NCBI GenBank assembly: GCA_964436545.1
Contig: CAYTCJ010000006.1
Location: forward strand, 4,729-68,728
Origin: an uncultured Candidatus Saccharibacteria bacterium
GTDB taxonomy: Bacteria; Patescibacteriota; Doudnabacteria; UBA920
Direction: 5' to 3'
DNA: 64,000 bases
Under the pieces are notes generated by a model. The model worked only from the letters and a program-made list of their open reading frames with translations, did no database searches and was not told where the DNA came from. Of the stretch, positions 58,968 through 64,000 are shown in pieces. The position numbers were made by a program, and so were the translations under genes. Each line of letters opens with the position of its first letter. The first letter of the stretch is position 1.

Positions 58968-59010
58968 ATTTATATCAAATATGATATAAAAAGTGTATCA
59001 TATTTGCTAA
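58968..59010. promoter_or_regulatory. Candidate tandem operator upstream of HTH-murA
   Basis: tttatatcaaatatgatataaa palindrome plus related tatcatatttgcta. Confidence 0.5.
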
Positions 59011-59027
59011 GGCAAGTCAAAACTTAC

Positions 59028-59180
59028 TTAAAATATGGAAGTAAACCACTGTTCTAAAAACTGGGTTTGGCGATTATAAAAAAATAATCCGAGCAATAAA
59101 CCCAAAATTACCGTATTCACAAACAACAAGTGCCATAAGTCGCTTTTGGTATGTGTTTTGTTAGCTTCGTTGATTTCCAT
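59028..59180 (-). CDS. 50-aa single-TM small protein (below the ORF track cutoff)
   Basis: MEINEANKTHTKSDLWHLLFVNTVILGLLLGLFFYNRQTQFLEQWFTSIF. Confidence 0.55.
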   Translation of the reverse strand: MEINEANKTHTKSDLWHLLFVNTVILGLLLGLFFYNRQTQFLEQWFTSIF

Positions 59181-59269
59181 AATTCAAATTAGTGCTTAAT
59201 AATTTTGTTCAGTATACCATAATTTTTTGGTTTGTGCATAACCATAAACAGTGCTAAAATATTTCAGCT

Positions 59270-59758
59270 ATGCACACTTTTAACCTCACAACTTGGTTAA
59301 TTTTAACCGGTCTCATTAGCGGTTTATGCCTGCTGGGTTTAGGTTATATGTTTTGGAAATTTCAAAGCACCCAGAGAAAACTTAACTCCTTTTTACTGGG
59401 CAAAAGCGGAGCAGACTTAGAAAGTCTCATTCTGGCCATTCAAGAAAATCTCAAAAGTATTGAAGCCGAAAATCTTACCGCTTCCAATGAAATCAAAGAG
59501 CTCCAACAACTAAGCCGATTGGCAATTCAGAAAATCGGTCTGGTAAGATACAGTCCCTTTGCCGACGGGGGAGGCAACTATAGTTTTTCCTTAGCTTTGT
59601 TAAACCATACGCAATCGGGCATTCTAATTACCAACATGTATGGTCGGCAACAAAGTCGAGTCTATGTAAAAGAAATCTTGCAGGGCAAAAGCGATATCGT
59701 TTTAACCCAAGAAGAACAAACTGCCATTCATAACGCACAATATTATATCAATCATTAA
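59270..59758 (+). CDS. DUF4446 family protein
   Basis: QKIGLVRYSPF..GG..SFSLALL..R.YVK..L..EE..AI. Confidence 0.85.
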   Translation: MHTFNLTTWLILTGLISGLCLLGLGYMFWKFQSTQRKLNSFLLGKSGADLESLILAIQENLKSIEAENLTASNEIKELQQLSRLAIQKIGLVRYSPFADGGGNYSFSLALLNHTQSGILITNMYGRQQSRVYVKEILQGKSDIVLTQEEQTAIHNAQYYINH

Positions 59759-59770
59759 GTATAAAAATTT

Positions 59771-60178
59771 ATGGAAAAAGATCTCTCCAACTTTGAAGGT
59801 CCGGCAGAAACCATTGTCGGACCCAGCGTAAAAATTCAAGGCGATTTAAACAGCGAAGGCAACATTAACATAGAAGGCCAAGTTGCCGGTAAAGTGGCCA
59901 CCAGCCAAAGCGTGTTTGTTAAAGCCGGAGCTAAAATTACCGCAGATATTTTGGCGGTTAATGCCATTATTGGGGGCGAAGTCTTGGGCAATATTAAAAT
60001 TTCCGGCCACTTAATTATGCAATCTTCCGCCAAAATTAACGGCGATATTTCTTGCAGTATTTTAAGAGTGGAAGATGGCGCCCAATTTACCGGCAAGTGC
60101 AATATGAAAGGCGCTACAAACGGCAATGGTAAAAAAACTTCTGCCCATAACGGCGTTGAACTGGAAACCGAAGAATAA
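59771..60178 (+). CDS. Bactofilin (polymer-forming cytoskeletal protein)
   Basis: TIVGPSVKIQGDL..IEGQVAG..VEDGAQFTGKCNM. Confidence 0.9.
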   Translation: MEKDLSNFEGPAETIVGPSVKIQGDLNSEGNINIEGQVAGKVATSQSVFVKAGAKITADILAVNAIIGGEVLGNIKISGHLIMQSSAKINGDISCSILRVEDGAQFTGKCNMKGATNGNGKKTSAHNGVELETEE

Positions 60179-60280
60179 AATAATTGAGCAAAATTGACAT
60201 AAATGACAAAAGTGAACAAAAACTGATGCACTTAAATTTTTGGCATTTTTATTTATTTATTAATTTTTGTCATTACTATT

Positions 60281-61123
60281 GTGTATTATTATATTTTTGA
60301 CCAAGGGAATTTACCCGCAGACAAATACGAAGCTCTCCAAACCCAAACCACTGGTCTATTAGCTGAATTTAAAATTGCCGGCGAAACCGGTCGTGTCACG
60401 CCCTTAAGGTCCATAGCCGACCTAATTGACACTGCCAGCCAAAGAGGCGCCAAAACTTTAATCGCCTGTGGCTCCGACGACACTTTTAACCAAATGCTGG
60501 TGGCCTTAAAGGGTAGAGATTTTGTATTGGGTTTTATTCCGTTTGATCCGCAATCATTTTTAGCCAAAATTTTAGGCTTGGATTCCGTCTTTACCGGAGT
60601 AAAAACCATTGCCGGCCGAAGAATTGAAAAAATTGATTTGGCTAAAATCGCCGACAACTACTTTTTAAGTTTTTTAGAGTTTGGCGTCATGAGTAAAGAC
60701 ATTAAAACCGCGGGGTTTTTTTCCGGCTTAAAACTGCTTTCCGGAGAAGTTAAAAATATTCAAATTAAAATCGATAACGCCTATGTGCTCAAACTGGAAG
60801 CCTTGGGAGGTATGTTAATTAATGCTCGGGCCACCACCTCCAAGAACCGAGCAATTGCCAACCCCACAGACAGCCATTTAGATTTGCTGATTTTAGAAAA
60901 ACTTTCTAAAACTGAAATCCTCAGATATCGCAATCTCATTGCTCAGGGCTTTTTAGAACAAGTGCCCAAAACCACGGTTATTAAGTGTAGAAAAGTGGAA
61001 TTTTTAGAACCCCGAGGTATGAACTTAACCATCTTAGGCCGGATTGTAGCTAAATTACCCAGCACAGTAGAAATTATTCCCCAGCGCCTAAGACTTATTG
61101 TCGGAAAAAACCGAACCTTTTAA
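60281..61123 (+). CDS. Diacylglycerol kinase-like protein
   Basis: IACGSDDTF, LGFIP, EKIDLAKI. Confidence 0.75.
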   Translation: MYYYIFDQGNLPADKYEALQTQTTGLLAEFKIAGETGRVTPLRSIADLIDTASQRGAKTLIACGSDDTFNQMLVALKGRDFVLGFIPFDPQSFLAKILGLDSVFTGVKTIAGRRIEKIDLAKIADNYFLSFLEFGVMSKDIKTAGFFSGLKLLSGEVKNIQIKIDNAYVLKLEALGGMLINARATTSKNRAIANPTDSHLDLLILEKLSKTEILRYRNLIAQGFLEQVPKTTVIKCRKVEFLEPRGMNLTILGRIVAKLPSTVEIIPQRLRLIVGKNRTF

Positions 61124-61164
61124 GTTTAGTATAAAACTATTACTAATTATTAAAAATAAAATTT

Positions 61165-61377
61165 ATGTCAGAAAATCCATCGGGGTTAGATTCGACTACC
61201 GAAGAGTTAGACCCAATTACTAAACACAATGCTTACCTTGAGCTTTTAGAAAAACGACTTGAAGACGCCCAAGCTTTACCACCCACACCAACAAATCAAA
61301 AACTAATTGAAGATCTCAGAAAAAAAATTGCCGATGCAGAATACAACCGGCCAACACTGCCCCCCAGTAGCTGTTAA
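61165..61377 (+). CDS. Hypothetical protein
   Basis: Stand-alone ATG ORF. Confidence 0.5.
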   Translation: MSENPSGLDSTTEELDPITKHNAYLELLEKRLEDAQALPPTPTNQKLIEDLRKKIADAEYNRPTLPPSSC

Positions 61378-61477
61378 TTAAATTTACCCATAAAATTAAG
61401 GCGTAAATAACGCCACTGGTTTAAATCTTCTAACTTTACCCGGCTTTTAGGTTTGGTCTATAACCATAAACAATGAA

Positions 61478-61506
61478 TTGATTTTTCTCTGCAAATCAAG
61501 TATAAT
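61478..61506 (+). promoter_or_regulatory. infB promoter TTGATT-17-TATAAT
   Basis: Consensus spacing upstream of infB. Confidence 0.6.
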
Positions 61507-61607
61507 CAATCAATCCCGTTAGAAGTTTATTCTAAAAAATTAGATACTACGGGGTAAATAAAAAAGGACGAGAATTTTAATAACATTGATAAATAACCTC
61601 TAACAGG

Positions 61608-63539
61608 ATGGATATTTCCAGCTTATCATCGCAATTAAATATTTCCACTCAAGATCTCCGCGCCAAAGCTAAAGAGAAGGGTTTTTTTATATCCCCGAGA
61701 GCCAATAAAATTGACAACCAGTTGGCTAAACAAATTTTAGAAGCTTTACAAACCGCGGTGGTAGCAAAAGTTCAAGCTCCGGCGGACACAGTGACCAAAA
61801 AACAAATTAAACTACCCGCTTATATTAAAGTTAGAGATTTTGCCACCTTAATTAATTTACCGGTTACGGACATCATCAAAAACTTAATCCATAACGGGAT
61901 TATGGCAACGCTTAACGAAGAGATTGATTTTGAAACGGCGTCCATCGTGGCATCGGATTTGGGTTTTGAAGCCGAAACTCAAGTGGATAACACCGAAGCG
62001 GAATTTGGGATGGCGTTTTTACAAAAAGTGATTACCAACGAAAAACCGGAAACTTTAAAAACCCGGCCTCCGATTGTCGCCATTATGGGACACGTGGACC
62101 ATGGCAAAACCACTTTGCTTGATACTCTCAGAAAAACCAAAATCGCCGAAGGCGAAAGCGGAGGCATTACTCAGCACATTGGCGCTTACCGAGTTAAACA
62201 TAACGGCAAATGGATTACTTTTTTAGATACTCCGGGTCATGAAGCCTTTAGCGAAATGCGCGCCAGAGGTGCTAACGTAACCGACATTATTGTTTTAGTC
62301 GTCTCGGCCGATGACGGCGTTAAACCTCAGACCTTGGAAGTAATTAACCGAGCTAAATTTACCGACACGCCTTTAATAGTGGCCATAAATAAAATCGATA
62401 AACCCGAAGCGAACATTTTGCGCGTTAAACAAGAATTGGCCAGCGCCAATGTCTTAACCGAAGAATGGGGCGGTAAAACCATTGCTTGCGAAATCAGCGC
62501 CAAACAAAATATTGGCTTAGATAATTTATTGGAAATGATTTTGCTCACTGCGGAATTAGAAACCTTTAAAGCCAACCCCGAAGGTCAAACCGTGGGCACT
62601 GTGATTGAATCTAAAGTTATGCAAGGTAAAGGCCCTACCGCGACTATTCTTATTCAGAACGGCACCCTTAAATTAGGCGATATTGTTTCAGCCGGACCGG
62701 CGTTTGGCCGAATTCGTTCCTTGGAAGACGAACATGGTAAAAAATTAAAAGAAGTTTTACCCAGTATGCCGGCACAAGTTTCCGGCCTCTCCGAACTTCC
62801 GCATGCCGGAGACGTCATTCAGGTTTTTACTGACTTAGACAAAGCCAAACAAGTCGCCATTATTACTCAAAAGAAATTAAAAACTCATAAACTCTCGGCG
62901 CGCAAACTCAGTGGCGATTTAACCAGCAAAACTTTAAACCTGATTATTAAAGCCGATGTGGCCGGCTCACTGGAAGCCATTAAACAATCGATTGCCAAAT
63001 TAAAAAACGACGAGGTAAAAATTAACATTTTATCGGAAGGCATTGGCGAGGTGAACGAGTCCGATTGTTTGCTGGCCTCCAGCAGTAAAGCTACTGTGAT
63101 AGCTTTTCGAACCAAAGTAAACCCCAAAGCCGTTAGTCTGGCTAAACTCAAACAAGTTACCATAGATTCCTACGATGTCATCTACGAATTAATTGAAGCG
63201 GTAACCAAAGCAGTAATTGAAATGTTTACTCCGGAAACGGAAAAATTTATTTTAGGCAAAGCCAAAGTTTTAGCGGTCTTTATGACCGAAAAAAACCATA
63301 TGATTGTCGGAGGCCGAGTGGAAGAAGGGGAGCTAAAAAAAATCAGTCATATTAATATCATCCGAGAAGATAAAGAATTGGGTCGGGGGGATATCATGGA
63401 ATTACAACAAAATAAAGTTGCCAGCAAGGGCGTACTGGCTGGCAGTGAATTTGGCATTAAACTTAAAACTCCGGTGAAAATTAAAGTGGGCGATGTGCTG
63501 GAAAGTTTTGAAGAAAAAATTAAAACCAAAACCTTATAA
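61608..63539 (+). CDS. infB: Translation initiation factor IF-2
   Basis: RPPIVAIMGHVDHGKTTLLD, DTPGHEAF, NKID. Confidence 0.97.
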   Translation: MDISSLSSQLNISTQDLRAKAKEKGFFISPRANKIDNQLAKQILEALQTAVVAKVQAPADTVTKKQIKLPAYIKVRDFATLINLPVTDIIKNLIHNGIMATLNEEIDFETASIVASDLGFEAETQVDNTEAEFGMAFLQKVITNEKPETLKTRPPIVAIMGHVDHGKTTLLDTLRKTKIAEGESGGITQHIGAYRVKHNGKWITFLDTPGHEAFSEMRARGANVTDIIVLVVSADDGVKPQTLEVINRAKFTDTPLIVAINKIDKPEANILRVKQELASANVLTEEWGGKTIACEISAKQNIGLDNLLEMILLTAELETFKANPEGQTVGTVIESKVMQGKGPTATILIQNGTLKLGDIVSAGPAFGRIRSLEDEHGKKLKEVLPSMPAQVSGLSELPHAGDVIQVFTDLDKAKQVAIITQKKLKTHKLSARKLSGDLTSKTLNLIIKADVAGSLEAIKQSIAKLKNDEVKINILSEGIGEVNESDCLLASSSKATVIAFRTKVNPKAVSLAKLKQVTIDSYDVIYELIEAVTKAVIEMFTPETEKFILGKAKVLAVFMTEKNHMIVGGRVEEGELKKISHINIIREDKELGRGDIMELQQNKVASKGVLAGSEFGIKLKTPVKIKVGDVLESFEEKIKTKTL

Positions 63540-63688
63540 CGGAAATTTCTCCTTACGCGTAAAACCCTGTAAATCCTTACAGGGTTTTACTATTGCTTAA
63601 AACTCACAATCTCAGTATAATGTTTAGCTGGTATAATCATATCAGAGCTTCCGCACGGCGTAGCTCCTTGACTATTAAATCGATATTT

Positions 63689-64000
63689 ATGAAAACCATA
63701 AAAAAAGCTACCAATCGAATCGCTAAAGTTAATTCACTCATTCAAACAGAGCTAGGCCCAATTTTGCATAATTTTTTAGATTGGCAAACCGGTTTGGTAA
63801 CCATTACTAAAGTGGAAACCAGCAAAGATATGAAGTGGGCCAAAGTGTGGTTATCGATTTTTAATGGTGATGATGATAAAATTTTAAATTTTCTCAACAA
63901 ACACATTTACCAAATTCAAGGGGAATTAAACGAGCACTTTGCTACCAAAATTATTCCACGCATCAGTTTTCACTTGGACACGAGTCCGCGGTATGTGGAA
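63689..64000 (+). CDS. rbfA: Ribosome-binding factor A (runs off the window end)
   Basis: RIAKVNSLIQ..VTITKVETSKDMKWAKVWLS..IPRISFHLD; follows infB. Confidence 0.88.
   Translation, partial: MKTIKKATNRIAKVNSLIQTELGPILHNFLDWQTGLVTITKVETSKDMKWAKVWLSIFNGDDDKILNFLNKHIYQIQGELNEHFATKIIPRISFHLDTSPRYVE

Noticed and set aside
48700-64000. Replication origin implied by the switch to plus-strand genes
   Set aside because: By eye the plus strand stays C-rich on both sides, and there is no dnaA or DnaA-box cluster at the switch.

Overview
Low-GC bacterial chromosomal region. The gene content (VirB2/TrbC-like pilin array, short SMC, HTH-MurA fusion, rpsP-khpA-trmD without rimM) points to a CPR/Patescibacteria genome; this is inferred from content only. 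Most of the window is housekeeping: nusA, rny, sod, rplS, trmD, rpsP, smc, rnc, ftsH, galU, comM/yifB, lspA, recA, ftsK, pyrEFD, ddl, murF, rlmH, murA, infB, rbfA, and 7 intact tRNAs. The unusual signal is a set of miniature palindromic and short-repeat elements. (i) They flank small DUF559, GxxExxY and four-helix-bundle genes wedged into conserved operons. (ii) They are inserted in frame into many essential proteins; MurF carries at least six inserts. (iii) One family is a fixed-length 70-nt ACCCCG..CGGGGT three-way-junction element sitting directly on TTGACA -35 boxes of intragenic promoters. (iv) They break tRNA genes. Five of the 7 intact tRNAs have a broken counterpart beside them, including a tRNA-Ala(TGC) split into five pieces with an intact tRNA-Ala(CGC) nested in its anticodon loop, and one locus carries an HTH-LAGLIDADG-like gene overlapping the intact tRNA. 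There is also a candidate structured ncRNA near 28.75-29.0 kb and a high-GC enolase-superfamily gene. No CRISPR array, rRNA or prophage was seen.
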